Source: Mugil cephalus (taxonomy: Eukaryota). Taken from it: 64,000 bases of DNA. Positions 12,204-24,385 of this stretch are shown here, piece after piece; the stretch's first letter is position 1; the number at the start of each line of letters is the position of its first letter. The stretch is from NCBI RefSeq assembly GCF_022458985.1, contig NC_061781.1, forward strand, positions 26,257,222 through 26,321,221, in the 5' to 3' direction. The position numbers and the translations under genes are program-made. The notes beneath the pieces were generated by a model. It did no database searches, was not told the origin of the DNA, and worked only from the letters and a program-made list of their open reading frames with translations.

Positions 12204-14744
12204 TTATCTTACCTGCTCTGCTGGTGGAAAGCAGTGTTCGCATTCACATTTCTCAGAGGATTCGTCATCACTTTGCTCCTCTTCTGAATCCCCGCTTTGT
12301 TCGGAGGCCGTGCTACTCTCAGTCCTTTTCACTAGCTCGTCCTTTCCTTCAGTTTTGGTATGTTCCGGGACACTGTGGATAATATCTAGAGGGGGTCCTG
12401 TGTCTCTTGATATTTCATCCAACTTGCACTCACCAAAGTCGTCTAGTTCAATAACTTCAGTGATTCCACATGGGGCTGATTTGCCCTCCTCTGGGCAGAC
12501 TCCGGTGGCCTGTATCTCAGTGTCTTCCACATGTCCTTCATTCATGGAGGCATCCCCATCATTCATTATATTATTGTATGATGTTCTGTTCATAACAAGT
12601 TCGTTCAAGGTTTGTTTAATGGAAGACTGAATGCTTTTAATATGATATGCATAGTACTCCTCAACACCTGCCTTAAAATACTCTCCAGTGTCTTCATTAT
12701 CCACAAGGGCCAAGTATGGCTCCATTTCTGAACATGTCGGAAGCAGTTTATCTTCAGGCTCATCCTTGTCATCCTGTTTGTAGTCAGTACTTGGTGTCTT
12801 GGCCACATCACCAGGACATTCGCAGTGACTGTGGATCTTGTCTTCGTAAGCGTCACCTTCAACAGAGATCTCCTCAGCACATGGTGCAAACATTCTCTCC
12901 TCATTACAAGCAGACGGGCAGGTCTCAGCTCCTTCATTACACACCTCAGAAACATGGTCATTAAATCCACAGTCTTCTTCACCAAAGGGCTCTTTATCGT
13001 CCTCTTCCTCCTCATAAAGGCTGTAGCTCTCTGTTTCATTTTCTTCATCCACAAACATACTTGACTCTGATTTCACCATAAACTCCTCTGGTTCTGTCAC
13101 TGAGTCATAAGACCCATCTGACGGTGCTGCATCTTCTTCATATGCATCTTCAGATAAATCTTCGGTTTCTTGTACATTTATCTCCTCGTCTTCTTCCTCA
13201 TCTTCTTCTTCTTCGTCAGATTTATACGAATATTTCTCACTGTCTTTCTGCTCTTCTTCTTCACGGTACAGGCCTTCATGGATATCTCCTCCATCGAAAC
13301 AGGAGATGTAACGTTGCTTTTGTGCAAACATGAGCCCGTAATAGTCGCCTCTGTCAAACAAATCAAAGTAATCTTCAATAACGATATCAACAACAGGTGT
13401 TTTCTTCATTTCGTCATCACTTTCATTGGCGTTACTTTGCTGCGTTTCTTCATCATCCTCAAAAGACTCCCAGTCCGTCTGCTCGTCGCTGGAGTCTTCC
13501 TGAGCTCTCTTTTCAGATTCCTCGGACGAATCATAATAGGGATCAGAGTGAATACTGCCTTCAGGACAAGTCTTAAAGGATTTGGTTTCCACCGAGGAGC
13601 AATCAGAGGAACTGTCTTCTTCAATGCAGAACATTAAACTCTTCTTAGGTAGCTCTGAAGAAGAAGCACATTGCTGAGTTGGCTTATACTCTTGGGTTGT
13701 TTCAGAGTCATCATTTCCAGAGAACTCAGTGGGATCGTGGGATGTGTCTACGGCAGTAGTTTGCTGTGAGTGTTCTCCGGTGTAAAGCTGTGACTCACAC
13801 AAATCACTTGCAAGGGAGACGTTGTCACTGTTGTCCGAATAAGCAGGTGTGTCCTCTGACTGGTTATGGGACTCTTCATCACTGAGTTCAGTTTCATTTT
13901 GTTGAGGTTCATAGCTGTCATCATCATAATCTTCTTCCTCCTCTTCCTCCTCATCCTCCTCCTCTACCTCATCGTCATCAGTGCATCCAGTTTGGTTGTT
14001 ACTCTCGTCATATTCACAAATGTCAGTACCACAGTGCAATGAGTCCACAGAATCAGAGATGTTGGCCGTTTCACATTGCTCAGAGTCCTCTGTTGATGCA
14101 TCTGTCTCATAGTCAAAGCAGCCACACGGCTGATGTGATGACGGCTTGTAGTGTTGCATTAACTCAAGGTGTTCTGTGCATTCAGGTATGAAACCAGACA
14201 TTTCACACTGCTCCAAAGTGCCACAGTTTGCATCCAATTCGTCTGGATCAAAGTCTGAACACTGTGACTGTTGATCAGAGGGCTTACATTCATGAAATAA
14301 CTGGAGGTGCTGTGCGCAGTGTTCACAGCAGGGACTACATTCGCTAACTAAGCTATGATTAGCACAGAGTTCAGAGCACTCGCACGTTTTAAAACACTCA
14401 CATTGTTGATCACATTCATGGAGTGGTTGGCTTAACTCAGAAGTTTCACACATATTGAGGGTCTGGTCGGAATCAAAAAATCCGCTGCTTTCTGAATATT
14501 GCTGAGAGCTTTCAGTATGTCCATTGTAGGGTTCACTCTCATCTGTGTTCATGTTGCCATGCTCCAGAGAAGCACAAGCGTCCATTTCTCCACTGACAGT
14601 GGGCTCAGGGTACTCCACCAGGACCTTCATGTCCAGTCCAACACTTCCAGTTGAAGGGCTGGATAAGTCAGCAGCTTGGGCCTGGCATTGTTCAGCACGC
14701 ATGGCTTCAGCGGACCGGTCCCCTTCTCCAGAGTCTTTGCTTTT
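12204..14744 (-). CDS. Giant open acidic (Glu/Asp/Ser-rich, Cys-containing) reading frame inside ctdspl intron 2. It is either an 844-codon in-frame cassette exon (12213..14744) or an independent nested 832-aa gene (ATG 14702, TAA 12204).
   Basis: About 2.5 kb with no stop codon. An upstream acceptor ...tttatttggaaaactgag|AAAAGC lies at 14744 in phase 0, and a perfect donor GAG CAG|GTAAGA lies at 12213/12212 in phase 0. ctdspl exon 2 ends in phase 0 and exon 3 starts in phase 0. The protein has EEEDEEEEEEEDYDDD runs and Cys-patterned segments (CECFKTCECSELC, CSPCCEHCAQH, KCECEHC). No family was recognised. Confidence 0.6.
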   Translation of the reverse strand, partial: KSKDSGEGDRSAEAMRAEQCQAQAADLSSPSTGSVGLDMKVLVEYPEPTVSGEMDACASLEHGNMNTDESEPYNGHTESSQQYSESSGFFDSDQTLNMCETSELSQPLHECDQQCECFKTCECSELCANHSLVSECSPCCEHCAQHLQLFHECKPSDQQSQCSDFDPDELDANCGTLEQCEMSGFIPECTEHLELMQHYKPSSHQPCGCFDYETDASTEDSEQCETANISDSVDSLHCGTDICEYDESNNQTGCTDDDEVEEEDEEEEEEEDYDDDSYEPQQNETELSDEESHNQSEDTPAYSDNSDNVSLASDLCESQLYTGEHSQQTTAVDTSHDPTEFSGNDDSETTQEYKPTQQCASSSELPKKSLMFCIEEDSSSDCSSVETKSFKTCPEGSIHSDPYYDSSEESEKRAQEDSSDEQTDWESFEDDEETQQSNANESDDEMKKTPVVDIVIEDYFDLFDRGDYYGLMFAQKQRYISCFDGGDIHEGLYREEEEQKDSEKYSYKSDEEEEDEEEDEEINVQETEDLSEDAYEEDAAPSDGSYDSVTEPEEFMVKSESSMFVDEENETESYSLYEEEEDDKEPFGEEDCGFNDHVSEVCNEGAETCPSACNEERMFAPCAEEISVEGDAYEDKIHSHCECPGDVAKTPSTDYKQDDKDEPEDKLLPTCSEMEPYLALVDNEDTGEYFKAGVEEYYAYHIKSIQSSIKQTLNELVMNRTSYNNIMNDGDASMNEGHVEDTEIQATGVCPEEGKSAPCGITEVIELDDFGECKLDEISRDTGPPLDIIHSVPEHTKTEGKDELVKRTESSTASEQSGDSEEEQSDDESSEKCECEHCFPPAEQVR

Positions 14745-15778
14745 CTCAGTTTTCCAAATAAATCACAAAATTATGTGTACGTCTGGGCTACGTTTGTTCA
14801 GAGTTGCTACTCCATGCATTGGTTCCTGCAGAGACCAACTCCAAATGACTGGCACGTCATTCAGGTCCATTCAGAGTGGATATTAACGGAGCTGGTAGAG
14901 GGGGAGTCACTGAGACCACAGCCCACCCCAGGGAGTAACAGCAACAGGAGTAGCTTGCACGCTGACATGACAGGTTGTCAAGACCAAAGCTGAGACTACC
15001 ACTTGACTCAACCCTCCCTTTACCAGAGACCAAGCAATGTATTTTAGGGGCTTGGAAAGACGTGACAAATAACTTCTGGAATATCAAATCTCTATAAAAG
15101 GCTGAACTAAGGCATAAATCTGAAACTGACACCTGAGAACGTCTTGGCCACTTGATCTTCAGACCATAACTGCAAAAAGCCATGTTGTTTTCCATGAATA
15201 TACTGTGTTTATCCATAGAGATCCATAGGGGGTATTGTCAATTGGCCAGAACATTTACATAACAGAATAGTGGCCTGTCATTGGTGGATCAAGCACTTAG
15301 TTCATATCCAACATATCCATTCACACGCTGCAAACACCTCTTTAGTTTACAGGTATTTATAATTTAAAGTATTTTAATAATCTGTTCATTTTCTGTACGT
15401 ACAGTATGTTTAAACCCAATCAAGCACATGATTTTAATGATATCAGAACCTCTTCTACATAGTCATTGTAATATCTCAACTACTGCTTGTAAAAAGCAGC
15501 AGTTTCCAAGTCAAACATGCACTTGTGTAACATTTATCGCGGCCTACTTCTAACTACCTGATTAATGTCTCTTTTCACCACTGCCATATGTTACAGTCCA
15601 GGAGAGATGCACTGGTAAACATGAAAAGCTTTGAGCAAAGAAAACATGTGTTTCACACATCAAACCACTGTCAATCATAGCGACCTCATGCTGTTCAGGC
15701 AGCACCGCAGAAGACGGATGAGAGAAAGTCGATACAGGGAACTGAAAGTGAGACAGGGACGTTGAGACGGCAGCTTAC

Positions 15779-15927
15779 TTTCGACAGAGTCCCGTTTTCC
15801 TCGACCAAGAGGGGGACGTTGTTTTTTACTGACGGGGCCTCGGGCTCTTTGTGACACAGACAGCAGAGGAGCCTCTGGAGAAGGCCTCTGCTGCGAGATT
15901 TCTTCGACACTGGAACTTCATGAGAAC
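15779..15927 (-). CDS. ctdspl: ctdspl exon 2 (G)SHEVPVSKKSRSRGLLQRLLCCLCHKEPEAPSVKNNVPLLVEENGTLSK
   Basis: Strong pyrimidine-rich acceptor ...ctctctatgatctag|GT. No in-frame ATG upstream within the exon, so it is internal. Donor AAA|GTAAGC. Homologous to the CTDSPL N-terminal region. Confidence 0.8.
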
Positions 15928-17283
15928 CTAGATCATAGAGAGACAAAGAAGGACAAAGTCACACCAATCACACTGAAACCACTAATTCTTTTCTCGTCTT
16001 GGTTTCAATGCCTGAACCAGAACAGATGGCGGATACATCTGTTTACGTTTAAAATCTGTAAACCTGTATGTGTGGAACACAATGCCACATCGGACCACTC
16101 ATAACTGTGCAGGTTCATTTATTCACTGAGGTTGAAATATCGACTGTGTTCGAGTCCGATCAGGGCTCTAACCATGTGACCTCTGCTCACTCAGTGTATC
16201 TGGTCTGTGTAACATTCCAGCTGTTCAGTCAGACACGACCCTGCTATGCTTGGCTATTTTAGCTTTGTAGCAAAAGGTTAACAGGTATTGCATATATATG
16301 TAGGTGTATACATTTCAGCCCCAAAATAGTCAGGACAGTGTTTAAGTTGCTGTTGAAATTTGCTGTTAAATTCCAAGAATTTGTCAAAGTGATCACATTT
16401 AACATTAAAACACTGCCCATTTCTAGTCAGGATTTAGTCGTTAAGAACTTGTTTGTTTGTGCTTGCACAGCTATAATACCCACTCCTCTTTGAAAAGAAC
16501 GTTTGTTTCTTAATTGTCAAAAAATATATTGTAAGCTGGCATGTTAACAGTAGAGCACTACAGTAAAATTATTTAATACACTAAAATCTCCATTGCTACG
16601 GGCATTGAAAGTAAAATAGAGATTATCTGAATTTAAAATAAATGTGAAGTCTTCCTCAGCTTCAAAGTGCCCAAATAAACCAAGATTCATAATTACAAAA
16701 GCACAATTTTGGTATCTCCGTGGACGAAACTAACTGGCTAATTCACATTGTATTCACTGATATCAACGTACCACATAGGGAAGTGGTAGAAAACACCCCA
16801 GCTGGTGTCAGAGTGATGACTTACAAAGAAGGAAAAAAAATCTCTGGCAAATTAGGTGAGCCTTGATGGCTGGTCAGAGCTGTCAGCTGAGCCATTAGCA
16901 TGTTGCTCAGACGAGGCTAAATCTGTTACCTCGGTAAGGGGCGCATCACGGACCTGTCAGTCTGACGTGTGTGTGAACATGTGACGAAAGTAGCACAGAT
17001 GAGCAACAGTTACCATGTTATGAAAAATGAATGGATCCATGTTGGACCTTCACATTTGTGGTTTTTACATGAATTAATCTAGAGTCACTCACAGGTCAAA
17101 CATCAGGTTAACAATTAACACTCGTAACTAAAAGTCTTTGGAAACAACCTGATGCCATCACACTGGCCTCTGGGTAAAGGTTACAAACCTAAAGCACAAA
17201 CAACCAAATGAAACATCAATTTATTGAAGTGTGATAGAAATTGTGCATTAATTAAATGAACGTGAGCTAGATCCAGACAAGCA

Positions 17284-17306
17284 GCAGGAAAACTACTGGG
17301 AATCAA

Positions 17307-17358
<52 letters not shown>
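17284..17358. repeat. (ATT)n microsatellite, ~24 copies
   Basis: attattatt... run. Confidence 0.9.
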
Positions 17359-17359
<1 letters not shown>

Positions 17360-20300
17360 TACTATTATACCTAATTGTTCAAGCAAATACTGTGTATTTA
17401 ATATTCAACTGAACAGTAGGAGGGCAGCTCTAACACTTAGATAATTACTGTAATAATATCACAATTATATAGGTCACAGCTGACTTTAAACACAATCCCA
17501 GGTATATGCAGTATAAAATCCCAAACTGTGCTTATAATAACTTTTATTAGCATGTCTGCTTGGTCCAGTTTCCACTCCATCCCCAAACATGTCTGACCTA
17601 CTTTCAAGCGTTATTCCCTGCTGCTTTGGCCTGATGACGGCTTCATTCAGCTGACGCCTCTGGAGAACGGCCATTATGGTCAGGGCATGCTTGTTGGGAC
17701 GTAGCTCTCTTGGTTGGAAGATTAAAGGTTGGAATGCAAAACACGTGTGGAACTGGGCATTGTGAAGCAAATTCGAAGCCGAATAAAAAAAACATCACGG
17801 TGCCCAGAGCATTGGCTCTTCTGATATTACACATAAGAGTGCTTGAAACAGCTTAGCAGAGCAGCTGCTGCAGTCAATGATGGGACAACTGTGTTGTGTC
17901 ACCTACGACCTACTGTAGGAAATGGCTTAGCTTTGTGTTTACACTGCGCAGCAGGGGTTGAACAACTTCCAGTTCCTTAAGGTCTGCTAATAGATGTAGA
18001 AACTAATACTTTGTAACAGTCAAATCTAGATTCTTGACCTGAATACATATTGTCGTGTCTCACACCAAAAAAAAGCTACGGAGGCTTTTCTTCAAGGTAA
18101 CTGAAGCTTGAACAGGAGCTACTCTCAGACCACGCCAACACCATAAACACCGTCAGTCTGACACTAAAAATACGTTACAGTCGCTCTACAACCACAGCAA
18201 CAACTAATACAACAGAACAGAACCACAGAAGATCGTATGGGCTTCATGTTTAACTAATTCATTTTCACTCCTTGATGAACCCTGCGCTAGTTTGCTACAA
18301 CGATTGTCACGTGATGGGCGACTAGTCACGGCGCAGCAGTAGGGCTGGGTGGTAAACCGGTTCATACTGAATACCAGTATTTTTTCGGTTATAATCTGAA
18401 TTTTTAAGATACAGGCATATTTTTTTGGCCATGCAAACCCATTTTACTACTAGTGTGGAATTATTCTACAACATTTACTCATCATCACAGTAAAATATTC
18501 CATCATCAGTCAATCTACCGCATCAATTCCTCCCTCAACCAGTAGGAAATGCTGTGAACGGGTGATTATGCATACCACCCAGCCCTACACAGCAGTGAAG
18601 TCGGTACAATACAATTACAACTCCTCCTGTGCAGTAGTGCTTCCCTGCCTGCACAGAAAACTGCACTAAATAAAAACACTGACACTGTATACTCCCTGTA
18701 TACACACTAATTCCCAAAGCTTAGTAAGGACCATGGCTACATGGTGGTTGTCAACAAAAAACTTTATCCCAGGCTGCAGAGAATGAGTCAAGGTCCAATA
18801 TAAGAGATGCCACAAATCTGTCTTCTGATAGATAATGTTCTGTGGGGATCATAACTGTACTATTAAAAGGAGCATTGCTACATGATGAACGCCAACTAAA
18901 TGGGAACAATAATTGTACTGGGGCACCTGTTTAAAAGAAATGTGACACAAGAAAGTTAAAAGGTGCTTGGTGTGCAATGTGTGAGCTGAATGTAACTAGA
19001 AAGCGTCAAGCGGTCATGTAGAGTCTATAAATACAGTGAACGCTAACATCGGCTAGCCTGGAAGGATTTTTATTTGTTACTTGCAACCATATAGAAGCAT
19101 GAGACTGAATGAAATTATGCGCTCAGGTCCAGGATTGTTACCCACAGTAACTATAATATAGATATACTAAGTAAGTATAATATAGATACTAGTAAACAAA
19201 CCCTGTCTACAAGTGTTGGTCTGGAGTCACTCCGTTGGGAAACTGATTATGTGATGACAGACGTCATCATTGCTACCTGATCATAGAAGTATTTTCTGGG
19301 GTGTTACTAAGTCTGACTACACCAGGCTACACATCCGCATCAGCTAGTTTATAATGACAAAATGTGGACTAAATGCTGGAGCTGAAACAGAGCATGGCTG
19401 CAGGTGATGGGAATGAGTTTTACAGTTTAAGTTTTGGACAGATTAAAACGTTGACATTGTGAAAGTGCCGGAGCACTAGTCGTTACAATTCATCCAGAAA
19501 GGAAGGAAACATGAGCGCACAGACCTAGTTTCCCTGAAGTCCATCCAATAACTGTTGAGATATTTCAGTCTGGACCAAAGCGGTGGATCAGCTGAGCTCC
19601 ATCTCTAATGTGACTAAAAATAATACGGGAACGTGACATTGATGCACCATATCAATTAATCACACCAAATCACTGAGGAGCTTTATGTGACAGTTATCTG
19701 GCTTGGATCCTGCTGTGCAGGTGGGTCAGATACTCTGGTAAACCTGTTCATACTGGCCCTTTACTACTCAAAGCTGTACTGTCATTACATCCTCTGCAAC
19801 CAGATTCCTCAAGGCAGTGTGGACATTACAAACCAGTAGAGATTTTTTTTCCATTTATCATTATTTGCACATGCAATAAGTGCGGCCGGACTTCTTAACT
19901 TTATTTGCCGCTCCGTTCAGTCAGCCCAGCAATATAATGAGGTAACAGAAATGAGAAAGAAGCCAAATCTACTGCAACATTCTTCACACTGCCACGTCCA
20001 AGAAGCTAAGACACTGATAACGAGTTTACAGCATTTCTGAGGAGCAGCGATGACCTTGCGCCACATCATAAAGTTTCGCCTACTTAGATGAAAGTAGGTT
20101 TATATGGGACCCTTTCAGGAGAGGCATGTCTGTGTGCTCGGCTGCTTCTATTCCTATCCACACGCAAAAAGAATGAGGCCCCTCACGCTCCACTTTCTTT
20201 AACTTTGACACCTGATAGTCCGTTACAATCTGACAACGTGCTTCACACCCCCTGAGGAGCAAATGGTATGGCAGGATAACACTGACCAAGTTGGACTTAC

Positions 20301-22559
20301 ATTTTGTATCTGAAAAAAAAAAAAAAAAACACCTTAGAGTTCATGTCACATCCTAACACAGAAAAACTACAATAATGATCAAAGTTACAGTTACTAAACT
20401 GACATCAGTGAACAGATTTATATAGTTATACTATATAAAACATGCATACTGCAGAAATGACATATTAGAGGTAAATATGCCAATAAAACCTTCATTAAGA
20501 CAACAAGAAATGTGGTGTTTGCTTGGTTGCAACTTTGCAGAAAGTGTGCAAGATATCTTTGAAAGAAGATCTTGTAACTCCTCCATCGGCTGCGACATCT
20601 TGTGAACATGAAGAAAGTCTGAGGGGAAGCTGCCCCTTTCCTTTCTCTCTGGCCTCTCACTTCTGGACAGTGGCCATGGTTTGGACTCATGACCTCCTGG
20701 ATAAGAGGAAGTAATGTGAGAGCAGGCTGGATCCGGCCTTTTCTAGTAAACCGGACCACACTGCCACCTTGTGACGGGACTCTGCTTTACAAAACGTAAG
20801 GGCAGAAACACTCCATAGAGACTCCAGCTATGCACCGGCTCGCTGTTTTTATATCCTCCCAGCTCCTTTGCATGCAGTTTGGTTTTGGACAGACCACTGA
20901 GTGAATTTATTATTTTGAATGAATTTATCATTTAGATCCATCTGCTGAGGGGAAGGTCACGACACAAGGACTGTGTAACACATGACAACACTGCTGACTA
21001 TGACTGAAGATTTAATTACAAATAAACTGTTTATTGGTGCAGTTGATTGAGTATGTATCAATATATTTTGCATATTAAATCCATTCATTATAAATAGGGA
21101 CATGCACAATAAATCATAGGGTGATAAGAGGGTAGGGGTCAATAAGTCTGTACTTCTTCCTGCTCCTTTTTGGATATTCTTTAATTTTTTACTTTTTATT
21201 TTCATTTTTTTCTTGAAATAAACATTCACTCATTCATTCAATACTAATATTTAGTATCAATTTAAGGCACCACTACTGAGGTGGTGACCAAAATTTCACC
21301 TCCTGTTCTAAGTTAAGTTTCTTTAACTTTTTAACCTCATGCAGTAACTGTTACTCTTGTGTGATCAGGCATAACATTATGACCACCTTCCTAATATTAT
21401 GTTTGTGCCTCTAAAACAGCTGTGACTCATCAGAGGGTGGACGTGGACCTTGTGAGTAACATCCACATGAACAAATGTCAGGTCCAAAAGTTTCCCAGCA
21501 GAACAGTGAATTGTCACAAGATGGTTTAAATGATGTTTACTTCTCCTGTCAGTGGTCTGTGGTTGTGGCTGATGAGTGCATATTGTGATCCTTTTAAGTT
21601 GAATCATGGGTGGCCTGAGTTAAAGGGAGGTGCTGTCATAAGGAGCTCACCGCACTAAGTTGCTGACTAACCTAGACATGTGACTGGATCAACATGAAGT
21701 GGTTTTTAGTGAACGATAACAGACGAAGATGTTGTTTTGAAAAAGAAGATTGTACGAGGGAGGCTCACGAGGCTCATGAGAGTGAAACTATAACAGACTT
21801 CACTCATTTTTAAAAGCTGGTTTAACAAAGCATAGCCCTGTTTCAAGAGGATATGAGATGTGAGATGCTTCAGGGACTGAGGCGCTGCTTGATACATGTT
21901 TAACCACAGAATAAGATTTATTTTATCTGCACCTAAATTGTTTATTCATGGTACGTGTTTAAAATCAAATAACTACTGATACCGTCATTACATTTATAGT
22001 TGTTGACCATTTACTGTTATATTAGTGTAGTAGTTTCCACAAATAGTACATAACAGAGTTTGTAGTCAATGCAAGAAAGAGTCACTGGAGAAGGGAGGCT
22101 GATCCTCTGAGAATTAATTACAGTTTAATCCACCTGCACTGGGTAACGTTTGCAGCTCTTCAGCCTCCGAATGAATCTGAATGACACTGGGGAGATTCCA
22201 GCGTGAACATTTGTGAACAGAGGACAGAAATACATCGGTCTAATGCAACCAGTGACACCAACAGACTGAATGAACGGATCAGGAAACCTGGCTCCGTCAT
22301 TGGCAGCAGACAAGAAACAAACTGTCTGTTATCAGTCGTGTATAACCCTGACCACCCTCTCCACCAGATAATAGACCGACAACGGAGCTCCTTCTCCAAA
22401 CATTGTGTGGTATATCTACAGTATCTGGTCTGGGCCGGACTAGTAAGATAACAGCATAATAAGATATAATTAACATCAACAGATTTGTTCCGTTTGTTTT
22501 AGTGCAAAGAAGAACAAGAACTTTAAGAAAATATTTACATTTCATAAAATATCCTTTAA

Positions 22560-23300
22560 AAAAAATAATTTGGGCTCATGTCTGTCCGCTGTGTTGCTCC
22601 GTATTAGCGCGTAAATTCGCATTTTGCAAATTTACGCTTAGACCCTGTGGCTGACCGCTTTTGGACCGCGGGCCAAACGTTTGACACCCGTGGTCTAAAA
22701 CAAGAGGAGCGCATGGCGGATTGTCATAGTGTCCGTGACCCCGCCCCCTTATTACAGAAGCACTAATTCTAGTGTCCAACTCTCAGGACTATTAAAAAGT
22801 CCCCACAACACCGCGTCGTTACGCACTTTCACTTTCTACCACTCGTTTAACTTCACGTTTCTCTAGTTTCTTTTCTCCTTAAAGCGGCGAAGCTGGACTC
22901 AAAGTCCCTCAGACTCAAATGCTTTAGGAAGGTGTATGAAGGTGTGTGTTAGTGAAGCGGAGCATTGTGACGGAGAAACCTCTGACATTAGTGACACTTC
23001 CACGGGGCTTCGCAGCCCACTCGTCATGCGCAGCTCACAAAACTTTCCCCAAACTCACCTTCTCCGAGACAAGTCGCATTTTCCTCCTCGTCCCTCGACA
23101 CTTGCGTGATTATCGACAGCGGATGGTCCATTATTTCCCGACGGGACGCCGCAAGCACAGTTTAGGATCAGTTCGAAGAGTTAAAAAAAAAAAAAAGTAT
23201 TTATATTTTGCCACTCCCTGTTTGCAAACGAGCATGCTGAGAGGTCTAAAACACAGAAAGTACAGGACAGCCCACGACGCATTCCACCACGCTGGGGCAA
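22560..23300 (-). promoter_or_regulatory. ctdspl: CpG-rich region spanning ctdspl exon 1 and 5' flank, a probable promoter/CpG island; contains a 29-bp perfect palindrome GCGTAAATTCGCATTTTGCAAATTTACGC (22606..22640) in intron 1
   Basis: High local CpG density (ccgcgggcc, cgcgtcgttacgc, cgacgggacgccgc) against a CpG-poor background. Encloses the ATG exon. Confidence 0.5.
23059..23131 (-). CDS. ctdspl: ctdspl exon 1 (MDHPLSIITQVSRDEEENATCLGE + 1 nt); donor GAAG|GTGAGT
   Basis: ATG at 23131. Matches the CTDSP-family N-terminus (MDxxxIITQV). Lies in a CpG-rich region. Phase-1 donor. Confidence 0.75.
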
Positions 23301-23696
23301 ACTGTGCAAACACGCAAAAGATGTTTTACAAAAACTTATTTCTCACAGTTTGTTTGGGACTTCTTCAGTTTGACCATGGGACTAGACGGTTTCAAGGAAG
23401 CCCGGTTCTTAAAGCCACAATGCAGGATGCGAAGCTTTAAACATGTGAAGCGTTAAACATCACGGTGCGTCTTTGCCCGTTCGCTCCAGACGCTGTTTCT
23501 GCGGGAAATGTTGTTTGGACAAGTCAATAAGTTCGTTTTCCTGTTACTTCCAGGATTCTTTTATGTGTAATCACGCGTGATTAGTTCGTGTTTAAAGTCT
23601 CGTTGTGTTTCCACAAACACTGCATGTGTTTCACCGTGTTTCTGTTCTGTGGGAATGTCTAACACTATAGTAAGAGTTTGTTTCATGGCCTTTACA

Positions 23697-23697
23697 T

Positions 23698-23732
<35 letters not shown>

Positions 23733-23740
23733 GGATTTAA
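23697..23740. repeat. G44 homopolymer (C44 on the gene strand), ~570 bp upstream of the ctdspl start codon
   Basis: Uninterrupted run of G. Confidence 0.9.
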
Positions 23741-23794
23741 ATAGACAAACATCACTATTTGTAAATTCTGTCTGGGGCCTCGGCCAGAAGCCTC

Positions 23795-23950
<156 letters not shown>

Positions 23951-24246
23951 GGCAAGACACAAAGACTTGTTGTTTCCAGAAGTTTTATTAATACTAGAGC
24001 CACACTAAGCTGTTCACATACATGTATTTTTACATTTCAAGAGTCTAGCAGGTTAGAGGATCTGTTACTGACGGGCACTAACGCCGCGGCTTTGAACTGA
24101 ATGTTACGTCTGTCTAATTGTTAAATCTTCTTTGATATTTTCACCGTCAAAATAAACCACTGCACTTACATGGATAAAGTTATGTACAGCATTGATGCGG
24201 TTTAATTAGTTTCCTGAGCTCCTCGTGGTGCAGACCAGCGGCTGGA

Positions 24247-24385
24247 TCACAGGATGTCCACACGCGCAAAGGACTGGTCTGTGCCCAGGTTGTTCTCCAC
24301 AAACACTTCATACTTGCCAGCGTCGGAAAGCGTCGCTTTTTTGATGGTCAGAATTGTGCTGGTGTCACCAACGTCAAAGAACACC
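24247..24385 (-). CDS. IQ-Ig gene exon D (Ig domain 2, C-half; stop TGA 24247-24249)
   Basis: Acceptor cttccag|G. ...DAGKYEVFVENNLGTDQSFARVDIL* ends in a stop codon. Confidence 0.65.

Larger units (their letters stand above)
5350..23131 (-). other. ctdspl: CTD small phosphatase gene (ctdspl-like), gene span from ATG to stop; 7 coding exons; hosts miR-26a
   Basis: The spliced product is 262 aa. It contains the NIF/FCP1 phosphatase signature [17 protein letters not shown]...[32 protein letters not shown]...[15 protein letters not shown]...[69 protein letters not shown]. The N-terminus MDHPLSIITQVS...KKSRSRGLLQRLLCCLCHKEPEAPSVKNNVPLLVEENGTLSK resembles CTDSPL more than CTDSP1 or CTDSP2. The paralog assignment is tentative. 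Confidence 0.85.

Noticed and set aside
13124-13637. Plus-strand ORFs (12310..12630, 12716..12964, 12825..13064, 13124..13333, 13170..13637) overlapping the giant acidic ORF
   Set aside because: They are antisense or frame-shifted shadows of the GAA/GAG-rich minus-strand frame. They are hydrophobic and low-complexity with no splice context.
15695-15946. ORF-track start 'M' at 15946 for the ctdspl N-terminal exon, and at 62573 for the GPCR
   Set aside because: Both 'M's are TTG codons with no in-frame ATG. The exons are internal and preceded by good acceptors. The true ATGs lie in upstream exons at 23131 and 62698.
21377-21607. Minus ORF and flanking 'ggcataacattatgaccacc' motif, a possible TE terminus
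   Set aside because: The motif resembles the ends of fish DNA transposons, but no second terminus or transposase homology was found. It is too weak to annotate.
22946-23440. 164-aa plus-strand ORF overlapping ctdspl exon 1
   Set aside because: It is antisense to the ctdspl ATG exon in a CpG-rich region, with no recognisable domain. GC-rich DNA yields long ORFs by chance.
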